Positions 26,830 through 35,931 are shown, counted from the stretch's first letter. The stretch is 39,699 nucleotides of DNA from an uncultured bacterium (GCA_966423695.1 CBJLKR010000001.1:1-39699), one strand, 5' to 3'. The notes: generated by a model from the letters alone, not told the origin. Numbers and translations: made by a program.

Positions 26830-28536
26830 CTAGTCGGCGACCTCGTCTAGACGCTTGAACAGCGGCGCCGGCGCCAGCAGCCTGCGGCCGGCTTCGAGGG
26901 CCGACGGCAGCCACCTTTCCCGCGCCGCGTAGTCACCGGTGATGATGCGGTGGGTGCCAAGGTCTTTGACCTCCGGCTGCGGCGCGACGACGTCGTCGTA
27001 ACCCAGCATCTCGTGCAGCCTCTGCGCCGAGAAGGGGAGGAACGGCGCGAGCATCGTCTTCAGGTTGTCCACGCACCGCAGCGCCACGTAGAGGACGGTG
27101 CCCGCGCGTTCGCGGTCCGTCTTGATCGTGTGCCACGGCTGCTCTGTCCCGAGGTAGACGTTGACCTTCGACGCCACCCCCATCGCATGCTTCAGCGCGT
27201 TCTGGAACCTCGACTCCTCGAGCTGCCCGGCGACGTGATCGAGCGCGGCCTCGACCTCGCGCAGCAGGGCCTCGTCACCGGCCGTGAGCGGTCCCGGTTC
27301 TGGGACGGCGCCGAAGTTACGGTGCGTGTTCACCAGCGTGCGGTGGACAAGGTTGCCCCACGTGGCCACGAGCTCGTCGTTGTTGCGGCGCACGAACTCG
27401 CTCCACGTGAAGTCGGTGTCCTGGTTCTCGGGTCCGGCGATCATCAGGTAGTAGCGCAGCGCGTCGGCATCGTAGCCCTCGAGGACGTCCTTGACGTAGA
27501 TCACCTGGCCCCGGCTGGTCGAGAACTTGCGCCCCTCCATGTGCAGGAACTCGCTTGCGACGATCTCGTCGGGCAGGTGCAGGTCGCCGGCTCCCATCAG
27601 GATCGCCGGCCACATCACCGTGTGGAAGGTTATGTTGTCCTTGCCCATCGTGTAGTAGTGGCGTGAGCCGTCGTTCTTCCACCACTCCTTCCACGCGTCC
27701 GGCTCTCCGCGCACGGCGGCCCATTCGATCGACGCCGACAGATATCCGATCACCGCGTCGAACCACACGTAGATCTTCTTGCTGGGGTTGTCCTCCCACC
27801 CAGGCAGCGGGACCGGCACTCCCCAGTCGAGGTCGCGCGTGATCGCGCGCGGTTTCAGGTTGCGCACGAACTCCAGCGAGTACTTGCGCACGTTCGGCCG
27901 CCAGTCGTCGTGGGATTCGATCCAGGTCTTGAGCTGCTCGCCCAGCGCGGGCAGGTCGAAGAAGAAGTGCTCGGTCTCGCGGAACTCGACCGGCGCGTCG
28001 CTGCCGCGCTGGTGCGGACCGATCAGGTCGATCGGATCAAGCTGGTTGCCGCAGTTGTCGCACTGGTCGCCGCGCGCGTCGGGATAACCGCAGATCGGGC
28101 ATTTGCCCTCGATGTAGCGGTCCGGCAGCGTCCGTCCCGTCGCGGGGTCGAACGCGCCCATCTGCTTCCTCTTGACGAGGTAGCCCTTTTCGTGGAGCTG
28201 TAGGAACAGGTCCTGCGTCACGCGGTAGTGGTTCTCCGTCGTCGTCCGGGTGAAGATGTCGTACGTCATGCCCAGCCGCACGAGGTCGTCGACGATCAGG
28301 GCGTTGTTCCGGTCGGCGAACTCCCTGGGTGGGACGCGCTGCTTGTCCGCCTCGTACGTGATGGGAGTGCCGTGCTCGTCGGTGCCGCTTGCCATCAACA
28401 CATGCGCCCCGCGCAGGCGCCAGTAACGCGCGAGCACGTCACCGGGCACCGCGAAACCGACCACGTGGCCGATGTGGCGCGGTCCGTTGGCGTACGGCCA
28501 CGCGGGAGCTATGAGCACGTACTTGATATCAGGCAC
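26830..28536 (-). CDS. metG: methionine--tRNA ligase
   Basis: 568 aa with [11 protein letters not shown] (HIGH), a zinc knuckle CPICG...CDNCG and KFSTS (KMSKS-like). Confidence 0.96.
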   Translation of the reverse strand: MPDIKYVLIAPAWPYANGPRHIGHVVGFAVPGDVLARYWRLRGAHVLMASGTDEHGTPITYEADKQRVPPREFADRNNALIVDDLVRLGMTYDIFTRTTTENHYRVTQDLFLQLHEKGYLVKRKQMGAFDPATGRTLPDRYIEGKCPICGYPDARGDQCDNCGNQLDPIDLIGPHQRGSDAPVEFRETEHFFFDLPALGEQLKTWIESHDDWRPNVRKYSLEFVRNLKPRAITRDLDWGVPVPLPGWEDNPSKKIYVWFDAVIGYLSASIEWAAVRGEPDAWKEWWKNDGSRHYYTMGKDNITFHTVMWPAILMGAGDLHLPDEIVASEFLHMEGRKFSTSRGQVIYVKDVLEGYDADALRYYLMIAGPENQDTDFTWSEFVRRNNDELVATWGNLVHRTLVNTHRNFGAVPEPGPLTAGDEALLREVEAALDHVAGQLEESRFQNALKHAMGVASKVNVYLGTEQPWHTIKTDRERAGTVLYVALRCVDNLKTMLAPFLPFSAQRLHEMLGYDDVVAPQPEVKDLGTHRIITGDYAARERWLPSALEAGRRLLAPAPLFKRLDEVAD

Positions 28537-29191
28537 CGGAGATCACAAGGGTAAACTCGCCGCGCGCGCGGTCACCGAGTGCGGCGCCGACTTCCGCCGC
28601 GGTTCCTCGCAGCACCTCCTCGTGCACTTTGGTCAGCTCGCGCGTCACCGTGATGCCGCGGTCGGGCAACGTCTCCGCGATCAAAGCAAGCGACTTCACG
28701 ATCCGGAAGGGCGATTCAAAGGCCACCGCGGGACGCGCGTCGGTCCGCAGCGACTCCAGCAACCGCCGCATCTCGCCGGGTTTGCGCGGCAGGTAGCCGA
28801 GGAAGGTGAAGCCCGGCCCGCCGTAGCCGGCGATCGACAGCGCGGCGGTGACCGAGCTCGGTCCCGGCACCGGCACGACGGTGTGTCCCGCCGCCCACGC
28901 CGCGGTGACCAGCGCCTGGCCCGGGTCGGAGAGCGTCGGCGTGCCGGCGTCGCTGACCAGCGCGACGTCGCCCTGTTCGAGGGCGGCCATGACGCGCGGC
29001 AGGCCGCGCCTCTCGACCGGCGCGCGGTAGCTGAGAAGCGGCTTGCGGATGCCATATCGGGCAAGCAGCCGCGACGTGACTCGCGTGTCCTCGGCGGAGA
29101 TGGCGCTCACGTCGCCGAGGACGCGAACGGCGCGCGCGCTCAGGTCGTCGAGGTTGCCGATCGGCGTCGCCACCACGTAGAGCTTGCTCAA
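28529..29191 (-). CDS. rsmI: 16S rRNA (cytidine1402-2'-O)-methyltransferase RsmI
   Basis: (L->M)[24 protein letters not shown]...AEDTR...[13 protein letters not shown]...[13 protein letters not shown] 29191..29189 overlaps the upstream TGA (TTGA). The rest of the 738-aa track ORF is an out-of-frame artefact. Confidence 0.9.
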   Translation of the reverse strand: MSKLYVVATPIGNLDDLSARAVRVLGDVSAISAEDTRVTSRLLARYGIRKPLLSYRAPVERRGLPRVMAALEQGDVALVSDAGTPTLSDPGQALVTAAWAAGHTVVPVPGPSSVTAALSIAGYGGPGFTFLGYLPRKPGEMRRLLESLRTDARPAVAFESPFRIVKSLALIAETLPDRGITVTRELTKVHEEVLRGTAAEVGAALGDRARGEFTLVISGA

Positions 29192-31899
29192 GCGCCCTCG
29201 AGCCACTCCCCCACCCGACCTGCGACCTCGCGGCTTCGCCCCACGAAACGCGAGGCCGGCGGCAGGATCTCGAGGAATGCCTTGCCGTAGTCGCGGCCGA
29301 GGATCCGGTTGTCGAGGATCACCACCGCGCCGTGGTCCGTCGACCGTCGGATCAGGCGGCCAAAGCCCTGCTTCAGGCGCAGCGCGGCCTGCGGCAGGGC
29401 GAGCTGCGAGAAGGGGTCGCGAACCTGCTCGGCGCGAGCGGCGTAGATGGGGTCGGTCGGAACCGGGAAGGGCAGGCGGACGACGATCACGCAGCTCAAC
29501 CGCTCGCCGGGGATGTCGATGCCCTCCCAGAACGTCGACGTACCCAGCAGCAGCGGTCGGTCGGCCTCCTCGAACGATTTCAGCAGCTGACGCCGCTGCC
29601 CGTCGATGCCCTGGCCGAGGATCAGCACCTCGTCGAGGTCGATGCGCCGGCGAAGCGCCGCGTGCACGTCGCGCAGCTGCCGGTGCGATGTGAACAGCGC
29701 GAGCGTGCGTCCGCGCGCGCGCCGCGCCACGCCCGCGATGAGCTCCTCGACGGCGCCGTCGAACGCCTCGTCCTCCGGCAGTGGCATATCGGTCGGAAGG
29801 CAGAAAAGAGCCTAGTGGTAATAACCGAACGGGGACGGCAGGACCATCTACTCGACGTCGGGACCGAGGCCGACGCGCGACCGGAAGTAGTCGAACGTGC
29901 CGCCGACGGCGAGCGTCGCCGAGGTGAAGACCGTGGACCGCCGATCGCTGTACACGCGGTCGCGCAGCAACGAGCCGACGTTGATGGGGGCCGCGCGCAG
30001 GAGCAGGTTCTCGGCGCGCGACACCTGCGTGAACCAATACACGCGGTTGGAGTCGGGCCGCAGGAGCGCCTCCTCGACCACGGTCATCGCGACCTCGAGG
30101 CGCGAGCGGATCATCTCGAGCTCGCGGATGCCCTGGTCGGGCTCCTCGCCGCCGAGCCATTCGCGCACGCCGCCGACCGCCTTGCGCAGCGACGTGTCCA
30201 GCGCGGCAAGGGACGTGACCGCGTTCTCGGCGCAAAGGTGAAGCTCGGCCCACCCAGGACCGTCCCGCAGCGAGGTAGTGATGCGCAGCGACTCCTCGCG
30301 CCGTTCCGCCTCGCCGAGGCGCGACGCCACCCAGCCGTCGGCGACCCGGAACAGCTGCCGCACGCGCTCGGCGGCCGCGGAGGCCTCGGGCGCGGCGCCC
30401 GCGAGCGAGTCCCCCGACGCTCCCAGGTGCGGCTGCTTGCGCAGGTCCTCGAGCAGCCCGCCCGACAGGCGTTCGAGCAGGGCGATCACGCCCGGGCCGT
30501 CGACCTCCTGGCGCAGCCCGCGGGTGGCCGCCTCCTCGAGGTGATGCGCCTCGTCGATGACGAGGTGCTGGTGCTCGGGCAGCAGACCGCCGCCAACCTC
30601 GGCGTCGGCGAGCAGCAGGGCGTGGTTGACGACCACCAGGTCCGAGGCCTCCGCCTCGGCGCGCGCGCGGTGGACGTAGCAGTCCTCCTTCGTGCAGTGG
30701 ATGCCGACGCAATCGAGGGGATCGCTCGCGACGTTGGTCCACCACACCTCCTCGCGGCCGTAGAGCCGGAGCTCGGAGCGGTCGCCGCTCTCGGTCGTGT
30801 GCAGCCAGGTCATGAGCTTGAGCTTGAACATGAGCTCCTCGGCGTCAGCGCAGGGCTCGACCAGGTAGCGACGCCAGCGGCGCAGCGAGATGTAGTTCGA
30901 CCGGCCCTTGAGCAGACACGCCTTGAACTCCCAGGGCAGCCACTCCCGCAGGCCGGGCAGGTCCTTGCCCATGAGCTGCTCCTGCAGCGTGTGCGTGTTC
31001 GTCGAAACGACGACGCGCTCGCGGTGACCGACGGCGCGCGCCAGCGACGGCACGAGGTAGGCCAGGCTCTTTCCGGTCCCGGTCCCGGCCTCGACCACGA
31101 GCGTCCCGCCGCGGGCCTGGATCTGGGCGACCGCCAGCAGCATCTGCAGCTGGGATTCGCGGTGCTCGTAGCCCGGGAGGAGGTCGGCGAGCGGCCCCTC
31201 CGGCCCGGCGAGGCCCACCAGCGCAGACGGGTCGGCCGGCGGCGTCTCCGCGGCGCGCCCGCGGCCGGCAGGCTGGATCCGCTCGGCCACCGGCGGCTCC
31301 GGGTTCGGGTTGGGGGCGGTCAGGGCGTCGGCGAAGAACCTCGCCACGGGCCATTCGTACGGCGCGACCAGCGCCAGCATCGGCTCCTTCAGCCCGTCGT
31401 CGAGCGCCACCGCCTCGTCCCGCAGGCGGAGCAGGAGCTGGCGGGTGGCGTCGGCGTCATCCAGCGCCCGGTGCGGCCGGGGCTGGGTGAACCCCATCTC
31501 GGTGGACAGCAGGGGCAGGCTGTGGCTCCCGGCCGCCGGGAGCAGGATCCGGGCGATGTCGAGGGTGTCGAGGATCTGTTGCTCCGCGTCCCGGAAGCCG
31601 GCGGAGGTGAGGAAGTCGACGTCCAGCCTCGCCCCGTGGCCGACAGGCTGGCGTCCGCGAAGGAACTCGCTCAGCTCGCGCAGGGCGGCGTCAGGACGCG
31701 CCGCCCCCCGCAGCTCCTCCTGACGGATCCCGGTCAGGCGCAGCACGGTGTCCGGCACCGCGCGACCCGGATCGACCAGCCGTTCGAGCGTCGACGTTAC
31801 CCCGCCGGCTGTGAAGGCGACTGCGCCGATCTCGATCACCCGGTCCCGCGCGGGGTCGAGACCGGTCGTCTCGAGGTCCAACGCCGCGTACTCGACCAA
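29188..31899 (-). pseudogene. dinG: dinG-like gene (DnaQ-type 3'-5' exonuclease fused to DinG/XPD-family helicase) interrupted by two in-frame TAG codons
   Basis: ORF 29848..31989 has Exo motifs (ALDLETTGL, HRALDDA), Walker A (EAGTGTGKS) and a DEAH box (VIDEAHHL). ORF 29188..29787 is the C-terminal helicase lobe (LFTSH..., STFWEGIDIPG, RLPFPVPTDP, QGFGRLIRR). Both are in the same frame. The 63 nt between them read VE*MVLPSPFGYYH*ALFCLPTD, with TAG at 29850..29848 and 29814..29812. The likely true start is TTG 31899 (MVEYAALDLETTG). Confidence 0.8.
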
Positions 31900-31909
31900 G
31901 GCGTTCCCG

Positions 31910-31915
31910 ATTCTA
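31910..31915 (-). promoter_or_regulatory. -10-like box TAGAAT 10 nt upstream of the dinG-like TTG start
   Basis: Lies in the AT-richer 61-nt divergent spacer. Fits TANNNT. No SD between the box and the start. Confidence 0.3.
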
Positions 31916-31945
31916 GTAAGGGCCGAAATTGCCGACCCCGAAATG

Positions 31946-31951
31946 TAATAT
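31946..31951 (+). promoter_or_regulatory. -10-like box TAATAT 9 nt upstream of the AAA+ ATPase ATG
   Basis: aaaTGTAATATgtccggccgATG. No SD. A short direct repeat CCGAAAT occurs at 31923-31929 and 31938-31944. Confidence 0.3.
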
Positions 31952-31960
31952 GTCCGGCCG

Positions 31961-33271
31961 ATGGTAACCGGGGCGATCGAGGCTCCCAAGCGACTGGAAG
32001 ACCTTCACGTCAGGCGTGATCTGGTCGCCAGCCTCCTTCTCCGCACCCTCGCCTTCGCCGACCAACTGACCGGCGCGGCCCTCGAGCAGCGCCTCGGCCT
32101 TCCCTTCGAAACCTTCGCCCCGCTCATCGACGAGTTCGAGAAGAACCAGCTGATGGACACGCGTGGTGTGTCCAACGACCCGGGCATGGAGGGTCGCCCT
32201 TACCCGGTGAAGATGAACTACGCCATCTCCGGCGCCGGCCGGCAGCGCGCCGCCGAGATGTCGGCCGTGCAGACACGCTACCTCGGGCCTTGCCCGGTCA
32301 ACTTCGAGGACTACCTCGCGCTGATCCGCTCGCAGGTGACGGGCAAGTCGCCTGTCACCGACGCGCAGCTCAAGAAGGCCCTCGGCGAGCTCGAGCTCGA
32401 GCAGCACGTGATCGACCAGATCGGCGGCGCCATGGTCTCGCGCGCGTCGCTGTTCATCTTCGGCGCCCCCGGCAACGGCAAGAGCACGATCACCGAGCGC
32501 ATGGCCCTGCTCATGGGCGCGCCCATCGAGATCCCGCACGCCGTCGCCATCGGCGACGAGATCGTCCGCGTGATCGACCCCGTCTACCACAAGGTCGCCG
32601 AGGGCGAGCAGCCCATCGACCGCCGCCTGGTCAAGGTCGAACGCCCGGTCGTCACCGCCGGTGGCGAGCTCAAGCTCCAGCAGCTCGACCTCACCTACGA
32701 CCCGCAGAACAGGTACTACGAGGCGCCGCTGCAGTGGAAGGCGAACGCAGGCGTGTTCGTCATCGACGACTTCGGCCGCCAGGAGGTGCCGCCGATGCGC
32801 CTCCTCAACCGCTTCATCGTCCCGATGGAGAAGAAGATCGACTACCTCGACCTCTCGGCGTCCGGCCGCAAGATCGAACTGCCGTTCCTGTGCCAGGTGG
32901 TGTTCTCGACGAACCTCTCGCCCACCGAGCTCGTCGACGAGGCGTTCCTCCGCCGCATGGCGTACAAGATCGGCGTCGGCAACCCCACGCCTGAGGCCTT
33001 CGGCCGCATCCTTCGCTTCGAGTGCCAGCGGCAGGGCGTGCCCTGGGACGAGAAGGCGATCGGATACCTGCTCAACAACCTCTACGGCAAGAAGCCGCTG
33101 CGCGGCTCGCATCCTCGCGCACTGATCGCGCGCCTGGTGGACCTGGCCAACTACCGCCAGCAGGCGCCGCGGCTCACGCCGCAGTCGTTGAAGGAGGCGT
33201 TCGACGCCTGCTTCAACCCCGCGCTCGGGTCGCTCGTCGAGGACGACTGGGCGCGGCCCGCGATCGGCTAG
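31961..33271 (+). CDS. AAA+ ATPase with N-terminal winged-helix-like domain, function unknown
   Basis: 436 aa with Walker A FGAPGNGKST, Walker B VFVIDDFGRQ, sensor-1-like VFSTN and FLRRMAYKI. The N-terminal ~170 aa (LTGAALEQRLGLPFETFAPLIDEFEKNQLM) resemble a wHTH. Coding-like composition, unlike the antisense ORF 31913..33112. Confidence 0.8.
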   Translation: MVTGAIEAPKRLEDLHVRRDLVASLLLRTLAFADQLTGAALEQRLGLPFETFAPLIDEFEKNQLMDTRGVSNDPGMEGRPYPVKMNYAISGAGRQRAAEMSAVQTRYLGPCPVNFEDYLALIRSQVTGKSPVTDAQLKKALGELELEQHVIDQIGGAMVSRASLFIFGAPGNGKSTITERMALLMGAPIEIPHAVAIGDEIVRVIDPVYHKVAEGEQPIDRRLVKVERPVVTAGGELKLQQLDLTYDPQNRYYEAPLQWKANAGVFVIDDFGRQEVPPMRLLNRFIVPMEKKIDYLDLSASGRKIELPFLCQVVFSTNLSPTELVDEAFLRRMAYKIGVGNPTPEAFGRILRFECQRQGVPWDEKAIGYLLNNLYGKKPLRGSHPRALIARLVDLANYRQQAPRLTPQSLKEAFDACFNPALGSLVEDDWARPAIG

Positions 33272-33291
33272 GCGCGCACCTCACACTTTGC

Positions 33292-33308
33292 CCGGCACGC
33301 TGTGCCGG
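33292..33308. terminator. GC-rich hairpin between convergent AAA+ ATPase and plsC genes
   Basis: CCGGCAC-gct-GTGCCGG (7 bp stem) lies 21 nt after each stop codon. There is no U-tract on either strand, so it is at best a factor-dependent or bidirectional terminator. Confidence 0.35.
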
Positions 33309-33328
33309 TACGTCCGGTCCGACCCCGG

Positions 33329-34012
33329 CTACACAGGCAGCGCCACGCCCTCCAGCCGCCGCCGTATTCCTTCTATATCCGCGTACAAGCCGCGCTTGTC
33401 CGCCGGCAGCAGCTCGGCGATGGCGACCATGATCGCGTCGGCCGCCTCCTCGTGGGATATGCGCTCCCCGCCGGCGCGTTTCTGGGGGACGACGAACGGC
33501 TTGCCGAACTTGATGTGCACGGGCACGCGGCGAGGCCACATGCTGCCCTTGGGCATGCACTCGCGCGTGCCCGTGAGCGCGACCGGCAGCACCGGACACC
33601 CGGACTTCTGGGCGATGAACCCTGCGCCCGGCTCCGGTTTGGACAGTGTCCCGGACTCGACCCGAGTGCCCTCGGGGTAGATCACCAGCACCTCCCCGGC
33701 CCTGAGCAGGTCGAACGCCCGGCGCAAGGCGACGCGATCGGCGGTGTGCCTGACGACCGGAAATGACCCGTAGGCGGAGAAGAGCCACCTCATCCAGCCT
33801 TTGCGGAAGTACTCGGACTTGGCCATGCTCCAGCTGTCGGGGCGCGGAAGGAACGCCGGCACCATCGGCGGGTCGAGCGTGGCGAAATGGTTGGCGCAGA
33901 CGACCAGGCCTCCCGTCATCGGCACGTTCTCCGTCCCCTCGACGGAGAACAGCCCGACGAGGAACGTGCGAGTCAGGGTGCGCATCAAGGCGCGCAGGAA
34001 CGCCCTCAGCAC
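33329..34012 (-). CDS. plsC: 1-acyl-sn-glycerol-3-phosphate acyltransferase
   Basis: 227 aa with acyltransferase motifs NHFATLD (HX4D) and YPEGTR. Confidence 0.88.
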   Translation of the reverse strand: MLRAFLRALMRTLTRTFLVGLFSVEGTENVPMTGGLVVCANHFATLDPPMVPAFLPRPDSWSMAKSEYFRKGWMRWLFSAYGSFPVVRHTADRVALRRAFDLLRAGEVLVIYPEGTRVESGTLSKPEPGAGFIAQKSGCPVLPVALTGTRECMPKGSMWPRRVPVHIKFGKPFVVPQKRAGGERISHEEAADAIMVAIAELLPADKRGLYADIEGIRRRLEGVALPV

Positions 34013-34653
34013 CGGCGCGCCTCGACCTTACTGACGATCCTCGCCACGACCTCGTCGAGCTCCAAGTTATCGGTGTCGATGATGGTCGCGTCCGACGCCG
34101 GCTTGAGCGGAGCTATCGGGCGTTCGGTGTCCACGCGGTCGCGGTGCTCCACCTCCTGGCGCATTGCGTCGGCGTCCACCGCCTCACCCCGGCGTTCGAA
34201 CTGCGCGGTTCGCCGGCGGACCTTCTCGTCGAGGCTCGCCGTGAGGAAGAACTTGTGGTCGGCGTCGGGGAAGACCACCGTGCCGATGTCGCGCCCGGCC
34301 ATCACCACGCCTCCGTGCGCCATCGCGCGCTGGCCCTCGACCAGCGCCTTGCGCACCCCGGCGGTGGCGGACACGACGGGCAGCGTCTCGGCGTGGTCCG
34401 CGTCGTAGATGCCGTCCGTGAGCTCTTCGTCGCCGGCCCACACCCGCTCGCCCTCGATGCGGATCGGCGTCGATTCGGCGAGTCGCGTGATCGCTTCCGC
34501 GTCGTGCGCGTCGAGGCCCCGCTCCGCGGCGAGACGCGTGATCGCGCGGTACATGAGCCCGCTGTCGATGAAGGGCAGGCCCAGCTTGTCCGCCACCCGC
34601 CGGCCGACCGCGGACTTGCCCGAGGCGACGCCGCCGTCGATCGCAATGATCAT
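34006..34653 (-). CDS. cmk: cytidylate kinase
   Basis: MIIAIDGGVASGKSAVGRRVADKLGLPFIDSGLMYRA has the P-loop and the Cmk signature. Confidence 0.93.
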   Translation of the reverse strand: MIIAIDGGVASGKSAVGRRVADKLGLPFIDSGLMYRAITRLAAERGLDAHDAEAITRLAESTPIRIEGERVWAGDEELTDGIYDADHAETLPVVSATAGVRKALVEGQRAMAHGGVVMAGRDIGTVVFPDADHKFFLTASLDEKVRRRTAQFERRGEAVDADAMRQEVEHRDRVDTERPIAPLKPASDATIIDTDNLELDEVVARIVSKVEARRC

Positions 34654-34663
34654 GGGGCGATGA

Positions 34664-35413
34664 TCATCCGTCCTCCAGCCCCGCGGCCCGACGCAGCACC
34701 GACACCTCGCGCGGGGCGAGCACGCGCCATTCGCCAGGCTTCATGCGCCCGACCCGCAGCGGGCCGAAGGCCGTGCGGCGCAGCGCGACGACGCGGTGGC
34801 CGACGGCCTGCAGCATGCGCCTGACCTGGCGATGCCTGCCCTCCGTGATGATCACGCGGAGGTCGGCACGCCCCGAGTCACGGTCGCCCCGCGTCGCGCG
34901 CACGACCTCGACCCGAGCCGGCGCCGTCATGCCGTCTTCCAGCCTGACGCCGCGCCGGAGGGCGGTGAGGTCGCGCTCCTCTGGCACCCCCGCGACGGTG
35001 ACCGAATACTCCTTCTCCACCTTGTAGCGCGGATGGGTGAGCCGGTACGACAGCTCGCCGTCATCTGTGAGCAGGAGCAAGCCCGTCGTGTCGCCGTCGA
35101 GCCGCCCGACGGGGAACAGCCGGTGACCCGCTGAGCCCTCGCGTCCGATCACGTCGAGCACAGTCTTGCGCGCGGCCTCGTCCTTCGCCGTGGTGATCAC
35201 GCCGAGCGGCTTGTCGAGGACGACGTAGCGGTGCGCCGCCGGCGGCACCACGCGCCGCCCGTCGACCGTGACAGTGTCCATCTCCGGCTCGATCAGCACG
35301 CCGGACGCGGGCGGCCGCTTGCCGTTCACGCGCACAGAGCCGGAGGCGATGAGGGCGTCGGCCGCGCGCCGGCTGGCGACACCAGACCGCGCCAGAAACC
35401 GGTTTAACCTCTC
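34664..35413 (-). CDS. rluB: pseudouridine synthase, RluB/RsuA family (S4 domain plus catalytic domain); start unresolved
   Basis: Catalytic motif FPVGRLDGDTTGLLLLTDDG. The track ORF starts at GTG 35335, but the S4 domain continues in frame upstream (GERLNRFLARSGVASRRAADALIASGS|VRVNGK) with no ATG/GTG/TTG. The frame crosses the scpB TAA (35406..35404). Confidence 0.9.
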   Translation of the reverse strand, partial: ERLNRFLARSGVASRRAADALIASGSVRVNGKRPPASGVLIEPEMDTVTVDGRRVVPPAAHRYVVLDKPLGVITTAKDEAARKTVLDVIGREGSAGHRLFPVGRLDGDTTGLLLLTDDGELSYRLTHPRYKVEKEYSVTVAGVPEERDLTALRRGVRLEDGMTAPARVEVVRATRGDRDSGRADLRVIITEGRHRQVRRMLQAVGHRVVALRRTAFGPLRVGRMKPGEWRVLAPREVSVLRRAAGLEDG

Positions 35414-35931
35414 GCCCGTTCCAGCTGCTCCGTGCCTTCGCTGGGGGTCGGGAGGTGGTCGAGCGACTCGAGGCCCATGACCTGCAGGAACCGCATCGTC
35501 GTCCCGTAGAGCTTGGGCTGTCCCGGTCCGGACCCACGCCCCACCTCGGTGATGAGGTCGCGCAGCTCGAGATTGCTCAGCACGCTGTCGCAGTTCACCC
35601 CGCGCACCTCCTCGACGCGCGCCCTGGTCACGGGCTGCTGGTAGGCGACGATCGCAAGCGTCTCGTAAGCCGCCTGTGACAGCCGGCCGGACACCTCTGG
35701 GCGCAGCGCCCGCCGGACCGCGGCGGCGTACTCCGGCCGCGTCGCGAGGTGCACCTCGTCGTGATGGCGCATGAGCATGACCCCACGGCCGTCGAGGGTC
35801 TCGCGCAGCTTCTCGAGCGCGCCCTCGACGCTGTTGCGGTCGGAGTCGGTCGCCTGCTGCAACTCGCGCACCTTCAGGGGCCGGTTGGAGCTGAAGAGGA
35901 TCGCCTCGAGCGCGGCGGAAACGTCACTCAC
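35404..35931 (-). CDS. scpB: segregation and condensation protein B
   Basis: ALEAILFSSNRPLKVRELQ...LSQAAYETLAIVAYQQPVTRARVEEVRGV. GTG start overlaps the scpA end by 8 nt. Confidence 0.92.
   Translation of the reverse strand: MSDVSAALEAILFSSNRPLKVRELQQATDSDRNSVEGALEKLRETLDGRGVMLMRHHDEVHLATRPEYAAAVRRALRPEVSGRLSQAAYETLAIVAYQQPVTRARVEEVRGVNCDSVLSNLELRDLITEVGRGSGPGQPKLYGTTMRFLQVMGLESLDHLPTPSEGTEQLERARG

Noticed and set aside
13110-28560. T-box or other leaders upstream of the aminoacyl-tRNA synthetase genes (tyrS, pheS, thrS, metG)
   Set aside because: All four start within 0-25 nt of, or overlapping, the neighbouring gene, so there is no room for a ~200-nt T-box leader.
29812-29850. Amber (TAG) codon reassignment or pyrrolysine-type recoding as the explanation for the two in-frame TAGs in the dinG-like gene
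   Set aside because: TAG terminates many neighbouring genes at positions that match normal protein C-termini (infB, rbfA, nusA, rplT, thrS, rsmA, nadK, AAA+ ATPase, lipoprotein). No pyl genes or suppressor tRNA are in the window. It is kept only as a low-probability alternative.
28529-30745. 738-aa minus-strand ORF, plus the long N-terminal extensions of ORFs 389..1669, 11216..12244, 17370..18626 and 25255..26367
   Set aside because: Only the C-terminal parts match real families (RsmI, RibF, RuvA, PheS, RsmA). The upstream parts are Arg/Pro/Gly-rich and overlap the preceding well-supported gene out of frame. In four of the five (ruvA, pheS, rsmA, rsmI) a proper canonical start sits exactly at the upstream gene's stop. 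ribF has only CTG 1294 there, with GTG 1252 the first canonical alternative.
31913-33112. 399-aa minus-strand ORF opposite the AAA+ ATPase gene
   Set aside because: Its translation has no motifs and mirrors the plus-strand gene, which has clean Walker A/B and sensor motifs. It is an antisense artefact.
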